The notes under the pieces are model-generated. The model made no database searches. It saw only the letters and a list, made by a program, of their open reading frames with translations, and was not told where the DNA came from. Positions 51,023-61,858 of a DNA stretch of 64,000 nt are shown piece by piece; position 1 is the first letter of the stretch, and every line of letters starts with the position of its first letter. The DNA is from Tubiluchus corallicola. Its lineage: Eukaryota; Animalia; Priapulida. Position numbers and translations under genes: made by a program. Location of the stretch: assembly GCA_030141605.1 (NCBI GenBank), contig JAQGDQ010000031.1, positions 930,001 to 994,000 of the forward strand, in the 5' to 3' direction.

Positions 51023-52171
51023 ATGAATGTGGATTGTGAGTTAGCGGAATTCGCAAACGAGTGCGAATGGTTAGAAAAACGGAAAACTAAACTCGCCAGG
51101 CTGAAATCTTTTATAAATACTACCGAAAAATCTGTCAATGAAGTCTTTGACGAGCTCAAGTTGGACAGAGAGCAACACGAGTTGCTCGTTAACAACCACT
51201 TACCGTTAGCCAAGTGCCCATACAGTACTAATCACATGATGCCTGAGAAATCACTTCAGCATCATGCAGAGATTTGCAAATGGAAGCAAAATGGGTATTT
51301 ATTGGAGGATATCACGCCCGCCATAAATCATACGTTTATGTATGAGAATAAACCTGAAGTCGTGTTCGTTCCAGTTGATCAAGGTGCCCTGAATCTCATT
51401 TTTGAAAAATGTGCAAGTCGACAGGGGTTAGTTTACGAACCGTCAAACTTGATGCACCGGCAAATGCCATTGACTTATGACAGAGAGACGGTGGAGTTTT
51501 CACAAGAAGAGCGACTTGCTATGTACGAATACGTGGTGGAAAATGCAAAGCAAACTCGAAAACACCGAACACAAGTTAAGGATATTACACTAGATTGGGA
51601 GTATTCCGATGAGCAAGTGAATAATAAGAAAAAGTCCAAGTTGGAAATTTTAGCTGAAGCCAGAGATTTGAAACGACGGAGGCAGACTTACCGCGGGAAA
51701 AATGTTCATACAGGTAAAAAGTCATACACTGAGATTATCAAGGAAGTTATTGATAACCAAATGGAACTATTTAGTCAGATGGCTGCTGGGGTTAGCAAAA
51801 AGAGTGATGATTCTCCTTGTGGTAGTAGAAAAGACTATAGAAGAAAAAGAAGCAGAAGCAGGAGCAAGGATCATAACGACAAAGAAAAACATAAGAGACG
51901 GAAAAAAGACCACCGAAGGAGCAGAAGTCGCAGTCAGAGCAGCGAACGCAGCAGAAGAGGTGAAAAGCACGGAAAAAGCAGATGCCCAGTGTGTGACAGC
52001 AGGTGTAGTGGGTGGAGAAAGAGAAAAGCGTGTTCTAGAGTTAGGAGCAGCAGTAGGGACAGGAAAAAATGTTTCCATAAAAGTGATATAAAAGCTGAGG
52101 CAACTGAAGAGGGATCAGAGAAAGTGCTGGCTCCCATTATTGAGATTAAACAAGAAAAAGAGCATTCATGA
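51023..52171 (+). CDS. SNRNP48: U11/U12 small nuclear ribonucleoprotein 48 kDa protein, single-exon CDS of 382 aa
   Basis: CHHC zinc finger CPYSTNHMMPEKSLQHHAEIC; conserved blocks ERLAMYEYVV and LEILAEARDLKRRRQTYRGKNVHTGKKSYTEIIKEVI; Arg/Ser-rich C-terminus. Confidence 0.9.
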   Translation: MNVDCELAEFANECEWLEKRKTKLARLKSFINTTEKSVNEVFDELKLDREQHELLVNNHLPLAKCPYSTNHMMPEKSLQHHAEICKWKQNGYLLEDITPAINHTFMYENKPEVVFVPVDQGALNLIFEKCASRQGLVYEPSNLMHRQMPLTYDRETVEFSQEERLAMYEYVVENAKQTRKHRTQVKDITLDWEYSDEQVNNKKKSKLEILAEARDLKRRRQTYRGKNVHTGKKSYTEIIKEVIDNQMELFSQMAAGVSKKSDDSPCGSRKDYRRKRSRSRSKDHNDKEKHKRRKKDHRRSRSRSQSSERSRRGEKHGKSRCPVCDSRCSGWRKRKACSRVRSSSRDRKKCFHKSDIKAEATEEGSEKVLAPIIEIKQEKEHS

Positions 52172-52627
52172 ATGTGAATTTGATAAACTCTGAGTGATGA
52201 AATGCAAACTTGTTTCTTTGAATGTAAAAGCCACATGCATATAATCCTATACATAAATATTTATCGTATATAATGACGTTATTATTTATTAAATATGTAA
52301 TGGCACTAACATGATAATTCTTTTGATCGACACTAGAACAAGCCAAGAGTTGGGTTTGTTACCCTCTTGAAAAAAGGAAATGATCTTTTTAACAGTGTAA
52401 ATCATGTCTACGTGTTGCTTTGTGCAAAAAGTATGTTTTATTGCAAGTTACCCTTTTCTGTTAGTGAATGCAGTATTTGCACTACTGCTGTATTTAACAT
52501 TAGCTTGTCACAACTGTAGTTAAAAGACTTATCTCATGTCAGACTGCATCAGCTAGCTTATAAATATTGATTCTGCAAAATGATCTTACCAGTCGTGTTT
52601 AGGATCAGTGATTATAGACCATGCAAC

Positions 52628-53153
52628 TAGAGCTGTAATGATACACCTAAGTCACGATACGTGCCACGATACTAACTTCGCGATACGTTTGCATGCTTTA
52701 ACAAAAAAAGATTGCTGTTTGATTTCTGTTTATACTCTTGTTTTGTTTGCATTATAAGTCACCAGAAATGCAAAACATTTTGATACTTCTGATTTAAAGC
52801 ACGCTGGTGCATTTTCTAGTTCACATTTGCTACAAGCCGTTTAAGAAACTTATAAGGAAATGTAATTAATCTACTGTGGATTATTATAAACACATTGCAA
52901 TTCTGCTTTGGCTGCTGTCAGCAGGTTTGCCTGTGTCAAGTCTATTAATGCTGCACTCACTGCACTGATTGTTACATATCTACAGTACATTCTACAGCTG
53001 TAGCTTGAATTATCTCACACTGGTTTTACAGGGGACAGTCGAGCTTGTGCCAAATATCAATGATTCAGATTATCGAGATACTGGTGCACTTTAACAACAA
53101 ACGTATCGTCGCAAAAGGTGTCACCAATGCATCGATGTATCATTACAGGCATA
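52628..53153. mobile_element. hAT-like MITE, 526 bp
   Basis: TAGAGCTGTAATGATACA / TGTATCATTACAGGCATA; flanks CATGCAAC vs CTTACAAC (6/8, decayed TSD); CGATAC subterminal repeats. Confidence 0.65.
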
Positions 53154-54761
53154 CTTACAACGTATAGCTCTTACTGGTGCCATGAATTTAACATGTTATA
53201 ATTGGCTACATGTTAGAGAAGGCTGCGGGTAAAGGCATCATTCATAAATAATGATGTGTACACGTCTTGGAAAACTAACACTTTTCTAGATGTGCATGCA
53301 TCATAATTGGAACACTTTTAAAGCAAGTGCTGTGTCATTGGAATACAGACTAATAAAATGTACAAGATAATACAAAATAAACATTTAAGGAATGTCAGTT
53401 TCTGTAAAAAACCATTTATTCTATGCATTCTTTCTTTTTCATCTTTTCAACAAAATTACACTCGCCTGGTTCATAATTTAAGATAAATAATTTGAAATTG
53501 AAAAGAGTATATTACAGTGTTCACTGCATTGCCAAACAAACGTCAAGGTTTAAAAAAAACAATCACCAGTGAGTCATGAGTAATGTAATAATTAAAGATC
53601 TTCATATACATATATATACATATTTCATATATTGCAGATCATACTTCGCAATGAGTTCACACTGGTCTGATGCATATAAACAATGATTATGTAATATATG
53701 TAATTACGTAAAGTTCGTACAACATTTAAAAAACATCCCTAATAGTTACTATACAGTATAACTTATGCAACTGTCTTCTGCATATGCAAGTAGCAACCAT
53801 GATATTAATACTATGATATTCGTAGACACAATTTAACCAGGACGAATAAAGAAATTTAAATACAGCGATCAATAAGTACTTTCAGTACTGTTTCATTCAA
53901 TAATCATGTGCAGTGATTAGGTGTGCATTGCCGTCATTTGAAAATGAGCTTTGCAATTTCATTTAACAGAAAAAACATGATTCCATTAAAATTTGGCATC
54001 ATTTGCCTATTTAGTACAACACACCAAAATGCAATTAAATGCACCTAGTTGCAATAGTAACTAATTATCACAGCATCTGCAAAATGAATTGCCAACACTT
54101 GTTAATATTAATTAGTGCCACTTTTCACTTGCAAAATGATTATAAAAATACTAATAAGAACAGACTCAACTTCAATAGATTATTAACTAATAGAGGATTC
54201 CAACAGATCATACAGCTCCTGAGTACTGGTTACCAGTGAGTAGGGGACAAGCCATGTTGTTGTTTAACATGAATCATGTCTTAATAAACACTTCTCGCGG
54301 ATCAGTTTTACAAAATTAGTGTAAAGGCAGAATAAAACAGCTCGTCTTCAAAGCATGTTAAACAATTAAACAAAAGAGTATATAATGTGAAAGCAAAACA
54401 GACACAGTAAAGTTCAAAGCATTCATTGTACTATTTGTACATAAAAAAACAACTAGCACAACATTATCACACCGGTTTTGTATCACAATGCCTGCCTGCT
54501 CAATACTATGCATTTAATTGAACAACCAATTGTCCCTGCCGTTTGTACACTATACGTCCATAAAAAAAGCTTGCATCAACAAGTTGATATGTACAACATT
54601 CATATAGGCCTAATATGTTATATAAAGCCTGGAGGCAAAAAGAGGGCAAATAAGCTAGAGAGAGAGAAAGAGATAAAGAGGAGAGAGAGAGAAAAATAAA
54701 AATAAATGACTATTATGAATTATCATTATTATTATAAATGACTATTATTAGAAATGAATTA

Positions 54762-57700
54762 TTATGGCAATGAAAGTATCATAACTGCTATAATGATAAA
54801 GGTGAGGATAGTCACGTTTGTCCCTCGTGAAAGTGTTGCACTATTTAGCATCTGATTCACTTTAGCTAATGCAACAGCATCATTTGGATTTCCTGAAATT
54901 ACAGTAATTATTATGAATATATAAGGTATAATATTGCTACTGTTGTAACAGAAAATACATCGTTATAGATTAAATAGTAAATTAAAGATTTGATGATGAT
55001 AGTTATCTACTGAAGCTTGAAAGTTTAAAACAAAAATTTCTTCATTTACATTAATTAGAAACGAATAAAACTTGTTTTACAATAAGAGCGAAGTGATACT
55101 ACACATTGATATTTTCAGAAATCTTTACCACCCATGTTGAAAAAGAAATGAATGATACTTACCTAGTTCAGAATCAAACCAAATACGAAAGCACTGTTGT
55201 GAATCATCTACTACTTTCCATGAGCCATCCCAAATAGTTTCACAAAAGTGCTCAGCATGATTGAAAATATACTTCATTTGAAAACACTGCTTTCCAGTGG
55301 GACAAGTGTTTTTACCTGATATAATGATATGAAAAACAAAAAAAGGTTAAAAAAGAAATGTTTCTGAGGTCAGACTGGAACTGCTTACTCATTGTAAACA
55401 GGTTTCTGTTTCCATTTTGCTAAGAACGAAGTAGCCAAAATTTAAATTATTTATTTCTTATCTCAAACAAAATCCCTATCTTATCTCAATGTGCATTTAG
55501 TGTCGTTAGTTTTATGCATAAAAAACCGAAATATAAACAGTGCAAAATCCGACAAAATTTTTTCGCCTGATCCTGATCCTTTAAAGTCATCAGGATCTGG
55601 ATCCATTACATTAATTGTTAATTTGGTCCTGATAATCAGTAAACAGTACTTACTATTTCCCATTTATTTAGATAAGGTAAAAATTGGTAAAGAAAAAACA
55701 AAACTCTGCTACAATTACCAGATGTCCAGTTAAACCCAATTGACCAATTGTCTAGGCAGGTGTAGTCATTTTTGCAGTCATTGAACCAACTCTCACAGTC
55801 ACTTCGACACAGTGGCATTCCAAATGGTCTTTCCTTTCTAATCTTCATGTCAACCTTGAATAAATACAGACTTTTTATAATATCAAATTATGAAATTTAT
55901 TGTTCTAGATGTTTATTCTGGAAGGGTCACGAAACCTATAACCACTTATATGCAGTGGTTATATCAATATCAGCAAATATGCAGTGCTTGATCAATATTT
56001 TTATAACTGTTACATTGTGCAAAATTTTCATTTTTGAGAAAAATAATTTTCTTGATTTCAGTTAAAATCAGATTTAATTTCATGAAATAGAAAATGCCAC
56101 CTGAATTCTGTTTTCGTTGTTGTTCTAGTTCAAAATGTAGCAATTTGCATAGCAAATGATATTTACTATGCTTTTAAAAAATTTGTGAATTTTTTTACTG
56201 TCTCAGCCACAATCAAACACTTAGTGACAGAGATTACTCAATGCAAGATGGCTGTGAGAAACTAGCATCTAGTTTATTAACAAAGCTATTTCTTCACCTC
56301 ATAAAAGTAAACAACTGGAATAGTGTGGTACAGCAAACCACCTAGAGGCACTTTGCCTGTCTAGAAACACCACACATTTACTTTGTTGACTGGGCTTGAC
56401 ATCTCTTAAATTGTTCACTATGTACACAGGATAATTTCTCAGCTTTATTTCTTTGCCCAACATTCAAAAGAAGATTTAGGATTGTACAGATAGGATTGTA
56501 TCTTAACCTTTGACTTACTCTATGATATTTCTATCTAAAATATACAACAAGATTGTTAAATAATTGAAATGCATATGTCTATTGTGCTGGTTTGCATTGG
56601 TAAATTTTCAACAAACGCGTTAGGTTACTTACAGACACAAGCCAAGGACCCATATTTGGTGAACACTCATAAAAGCACAAATCTTGCATGAAATGACTAG
56701 CACATCGGTCACTGAGTGGACGACCATCACAATGACTCCAAGTAAAATTGTACAGTCCCCTATCTTCATGCATTTGCTTCGTCAAATCTTCTTTACAACA
56801 AGTGTTGTTTCCCCACGGTTCACACTGAAATACACAAAATCTTGCAAATGTTGACTGAGCAAAAAACTTGCATAAAAGAAATTGATTGCCAGAGAAAACA
56901 ATTACAGAAAAATTTATTTGCTACAATCTCCATACAATTTTATTGAAAAGTGATAAAACACTTTAATCTTATGTTGCTTTAATTAAGGTCTAGTTTAGTA
57001 CCCATCTTCATGTTTCCTAAAGTAAATCTATAATATTAGGACAGATTGCAGAATTTCAATCAACAGTAGGGTCCACCTCGTGACGGCTAATTAGCTTTCT
57101 TTTTGTCTTTGCTCTGCCTTCACCCTTCATTGGACTGTCCCAACGCAACAAATTTTCCGGGTACCAATATTTCCTTGAACAAAAATTACTAGGACTAAAT
57201 TTACCTGTGCCAAACTTACTAGTACCAAATTTTTCCACATTTTTCAGTTTGCCTGCATGTTGTAAGCACTTGTAGCAAGGGAGTTTGTGAGAATATGTGT
57301 TACGTCATCAAGTTGCGTGGGGCTAAATGCGGCTTGAGATCTGTGTGTTGCTAAAAACTGTCACTGGTAAAACCCATATAGTGACAGAGCTTTATGGCAG
57401 TCATCTGTTTTTTTCTGTTTACGAATGTCACAGATAAAATCTACACTGTGTTCACAGCCTTCATCTATTTTTTTCTTCTGTTTACATTGTTATGTCTTTT
57501 AAAGCTGCTCATCTGTTTCTAATGTTTTAAAAGTTATTATTTTTGTTCCAATTATTTCTATATTTCGTCTTCATTGTACTTATGAATAGACTGACATAAT
57601 AAATCGATGACTTTGATCTGAATGTTAAACAGCTTTGTGTGACATGCGAAGCTATGACAAAGGTACCTGTTTGTGAAGTTTAGCTTCAGGACCAGGCCTG

Positions 57701-57816
57701 TGTTTATGATTGATTCCATCCAAACAAGTATTCAACATAGAATCAGTAAGACTATGACATAAAAGCAATCTTGGAAAAGTAAGCCAAATTCCAAGCCATA
57801 CAAGTAACTGCAACAT
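54762..57816 (-). CDS. Folate receptor family protein (FOLR/riboflavin-binding fold), GPI-anchored, 253 aa; exons 57816-57667, 56824-56633, 55854-55719, 55315-55163, 54892-54762
   Basis: Signal peptide MLQLLVWLGIW...; CLDGINHKHRPGPEAKLHKQC, LYNFTWSHC, HFMQDLCFYECSPNMGPW, PLCRSDCESWFNDC, FCETIW, CFRIWFD..GNPND; hydrophobic C-terminal tail. All introns GT-AG, 762 nt in frame. Confidence 0.9.
57146..57240. repeat. Degenerate 15-bp tandem repeat, same family as 60505-60678 in opposite orientation
   Basis: Units resembling GTACCAAATTTACC(T/A). Confidence 0.6.
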
Positions 57817-57984
57817 TTTACCCACTGAAATAAAAATAACAAAATGAAGAACTGTGGCAAATACACCATACAAAGTAAATAGTAGAGCTCACTCAATGTG
57901 ATAACACACTGTGACAGTCAATTGTGATGTGGTTCTAGTATATATATCTACAACAAGATGTCAGTCCTGCAGGCTTTGCTCTGC

Positions 57985-58364
57985 TGTCAAATCGAGTTTG
58001 TAACGTTCGAACTCGAATAAACTGAATTTCGAGATTTTGAATCTGAATCGAAATCGGTTTTAAAGATTTTTGAATCACTAACAAAAAACAGTCATACAAA
58101 GATTATGCGTATTACTTAGTTTTGTTTTGCGATAAAAACACTAATAATTTGTTTAAAAATTGCAAACAGAATTCGCAGCTAAACTGAACTGCATAATGTT
58201 TCAAACGTTTTAACGATAAAGAATGTACATAAGTTGAAGTGGTGAATTATCTGATTCTGTAACTTTGGGTTCGAATTGAATTCGAATTAAAAAGCTCTTG
58301 TGAATGAATCTAAATCAAATGTTCCAACCGAATTGAGCGTTCGAACGTTCGATGCTCACCCCTA
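57985..58364 (-). mobile_element. Diverged, one-ended copy of the 48516-48861 hAT MITE
   Basis: TTCGAACGTTCGATGCTCACCCCTA (58340-58364) is the exact reverse complement of the left end of the 48.5 kb element; 58081-58210 is homologous to 48580-48715. Confidence 0.75.
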
Positions 58365-60504
58365 ATCAACAATTTTCATATTGTTTCTGACCATCGAGAA
58401 AAGACCCCGAGCCGTTAAGTTGTATTTGAGTGCATCTGAGCAGATATTTCTTAGCACTTGTGGATTCCAAAAATCTGTTGTCAATGCAAAACCTGCAAAA
58501 CCTGCTTCAAGTGTTCCTATACAGTGATACGTTCGTAATCCAGTCTCTTGCAAGAAGACATTTCAAGCCATAAAACACTTTCAAAAGAGACTCTCCAATA
58601 TGTTTTGTGAATAAAAGTGAACAGTGGTTTACAAAGCAGGGTTCAATATAAACTATTTGATGGAAAACTTTTGAAATAATATCTCTGTTTGTGATCATAA
58701 TCACCTACATAACTGCATTCAGGGTCATATTTATCAATAGGCTAACTAGGCTACAGCTTAGGAGGCCAGTACTAAACATTTTTTTTATTTTCCTCGGAAA
58801 ATGCGTATCCTTCTATATTAATACAAAGAGAATATTTTATAACACACCACAAGCAGTTACAGTTAGAGCAGTCACAATTATTAGGCCGACAAATAAAAGT
58901 ATTTCTGTTTCTGTCTACTTGCCCGTGTAATTTTTTTATCACACACCAGGCCGAGAAATTTATACTTTTTTGTATGTTCATGTACTTACCAGGCAAATCA
59001 TATAAAAGCCTACTTTTGTAATTCAATCTAAAACACAATTATTATTATAACATTGTTGTTTCAGCTTTTTTACTGTTTAAGAATGTCACAAATAAAACCG
59101 TTTTTCTGCAGTTAAAGCTTAGCCAGTGTTGCTGTCTTGGATGATGCTGATTATCATGTTGAAGGCTAAAAATTATCATATTTTTTGTTAAATTATCATA
59201 TCAATGGCCAAGTAGTGTTGCCCTTTATAGCATGATTATCAGGATACATGGTTATACTGTACAAAAAAGAGGCTATACGATAATTATATGAAGATTTAGT
59301 AAAGTGAAACAAAAACTAAAAAACAAAGCATGAAAAAATGTGCATTGAAAAAAATTAAAACATTATTGCTTATCAGCGGGAAATAAACGAACTTTGATTT
59401 CAAGTGATTTTTTAACTATTCCACGATTCAGCTTTAATATTCACAAAGGTTTAAACAGTAATCACATACATACTAGGTAATAGTACTACTAATACACCAC
59501 AAGTAACTGTGTATTGCACTTCATATACAAATAATCAAAATCTGCAAAGACTTGGTATGCAGCTTATGTCTGCTTGTGATATTTGTGCAACCAGCTAGAA
59601 CCAACATCAGGTCACACTTCTTTTGGCATTGCATAGTTCAACCATGGAATCATCTTTCATCATCAACCATTAGTGCATCATCAGTTGATAATTCCAAATT
59701 GCATTTGTGAGAGGACTGTTTACAGATAGCTACATATCTAGGTCCTTATTTCTTTGGGTAAGGTATTCTTGAATAAGGATGCAGTATCAAACTTTAATGT
59801 CGTCATCATGGCCATTCGTACTTGAAATTACTGATTTTTTCTCTGGAAACAAGCATGTTTTAGACTACAATAAAATCAAAGTTCATTTATAACCCAGCGG
59901 TTAGTATCAATGTGCTTTTAGATGTTTTCAATACACAATGTATTCAAACTTATATTTTTGTTTCCTACAGGTACCGAAATTATCGTATGATCACTTTTAG
60001 GCAAGGTATGACGCCTCAAATTATCGTACAAACGCCAACCCTGACTGTAGATTGCTCAATGTAGTGCTGCGATATTACACAACCAGGCGGTATGCTGCTT
60101 TGCAGTACACACCGAGGCGGTATACGGCAATGTCGAGCAAGCACGAACACCTCAAGTAGTGTAAACATATTTACAATAAAACGAATAAGAAATTCATAAG
60201 AAAGAAAAAATGCTTGCTTGTCTATTTACGTGAAAAAAAAACTCAAATTTCAAACATCTTCAAACATAACCTTCGACTTTTCAGCTTTCAATACGCACAT
60301 GTCAGACGAATACGGGAAATCGTAAGTGGCTTAACTTTAATCAATGATCATTCAGTGGCTATCTGCCGATCCTCTTCACCGACCGCTGCGACATAACAAA
60401 TATTAATAGCCAGAAAACACTTTTGAAGAAATTAAGTTGCTTTGGTGGTGTGTAGTGCAGTTGTAGTTCATACAAACTGTAGAATGAGAAGCAACTAAAT
60501 CGGT

Positions 60505-60677
60505 GCGCGGTGAGTTTGGTACCAGTAAGTTCGGTACAGGTAAGTTTGGTACGAGTAAATTTTGATACCAGGAAAATTTGGTGCTAGGAATTTTTGGAAT
60601 GCGGTAATTTTAGTGCTGGGAAAATTTGGTGCAGAGAAAATCTGGTACTGGTAAATCTGGTACTGATAAAATTTTGT

Positions 60678-60678
<1 letters not shown>
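60505..60678. repeat. Degenerate 15-bp tandem repeat, about 11 units
   Basis: Units resembling GGTAAATTTGGTAC(C/T). Confidence 0.75.
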
Positions 60679-60708
<30 letters not shown>

Positions 60709-60879
60709 AACAACAACAGCAGCAGCAGCAACAACAACAACAACAGCAACAATAACAACAAAAACAGCAGCAGCAGCAGCAGCAACAGCAACATCAGCTG
60801 GAGCAGTAACAGCAGCAACAACCAAAACAATAGCAACAACAACAACAACAGCAGCAGCAACAACAACAATAATAATAAA
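60679..60879. repeat. (CAA/CAG)n trinucleotide microsatellite
   Basis: Read directly from sequence. Confidence 0.9.
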
Positions 60880-61068
60880 CACCCTCATGCCACACACGGA
60901 CAGGTGTTGGCCTACTCAATTATCCGAAATGGCCACAATGTCTGTACAAATTCCATACTATTTCTACACAAACCGATTGATCAGGACACTACATGGAAAG
61001 TGCGCACATTATTGACTATTGTTGAAAGGGTAATATTTTCAAAGAGCACGATGTCGATAATCTTCGAG

Positions 61069-61640
61069 TCAATGGCTCAAACGTAAAATTTACTAGTTAT
61101 GCTGGTTTTTAATGACTGTGATAAAAAGGTAGAAAACAGCGGAATTCGAAATAAAATGTGTCGAACTAAAACAAAACACCCTTGTTGCTGTAATTTTATT
61201 AAATCAATCCATAATGAAAAATAAAAATGACATTTTGCACACACATCATAATAATTTATTTAATCAAACCTTCTAGTTTATATTTCCTTCCTTGGAAGCA
61301 ATATTAGTAACAAGACGGTGAAAAAAAAACAAAGTTTAAACCGAAAGCTGACGTTCAATGGCTCAAACGTAAAATTTACTAGTTATGCTGGTTTTTAATG
61401 ACTGTGATAAAAAGGTAGAAAACAGCGGAATTCGAAATAAAATGTGTCGAACTAAAACAAAACACCCTTGTTGCTGTAATTTTATTAAATCAATCCATAA
61501 TGAAAAATAAAAATGACATTTTGCACACACATCATAATAATTTATTTAATCAAACCTTCTAGTTTATATTTCCTTCCTTGGAAGCAATATTAGTAACAAG
61601 ACGGTGAAAAAAAAACAAAGTTTAAACCGAAAGCTGACGT
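61069..61640. repeat. Perfect tandem duplication, 2 x 286 bp
   Basis: 61069-61354 and 61355-61640 read identical, including the A9 run. Confidence 0.92.
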
Positions 61641-61858
61641 TTACTTTTTCGTTGACATCCATCTCGTTTTATTGACAAATTATAGCAATATTTTGTACTG
61701 TTGCAATGTTAACATACACGGATGCTATTTTTATGTATGCAAAAGAGCTGACTTCTGGCACTCAGCACACGCCTACTTTTATCAATTTCATAAGCAACTT
61801 AATTATCATTATTAAGTTGAAATAAGAGAATCAGCACCCCGTAAATAAAAATATGCTG

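Noticed and set aside
51702-52346. Alternative-frame and antisense ORFs over the SNRNP48 3' end
   Set aside because: Shadow ORFs of a purine-rich low-complexity RS region.
60495-61015. Poly-Leu, poly-Val/Ala and poly-Thr ORFs
   Set aside because: Products of the CAA/CAG microsatellite and 15-bp repeat; no splice or domain support.
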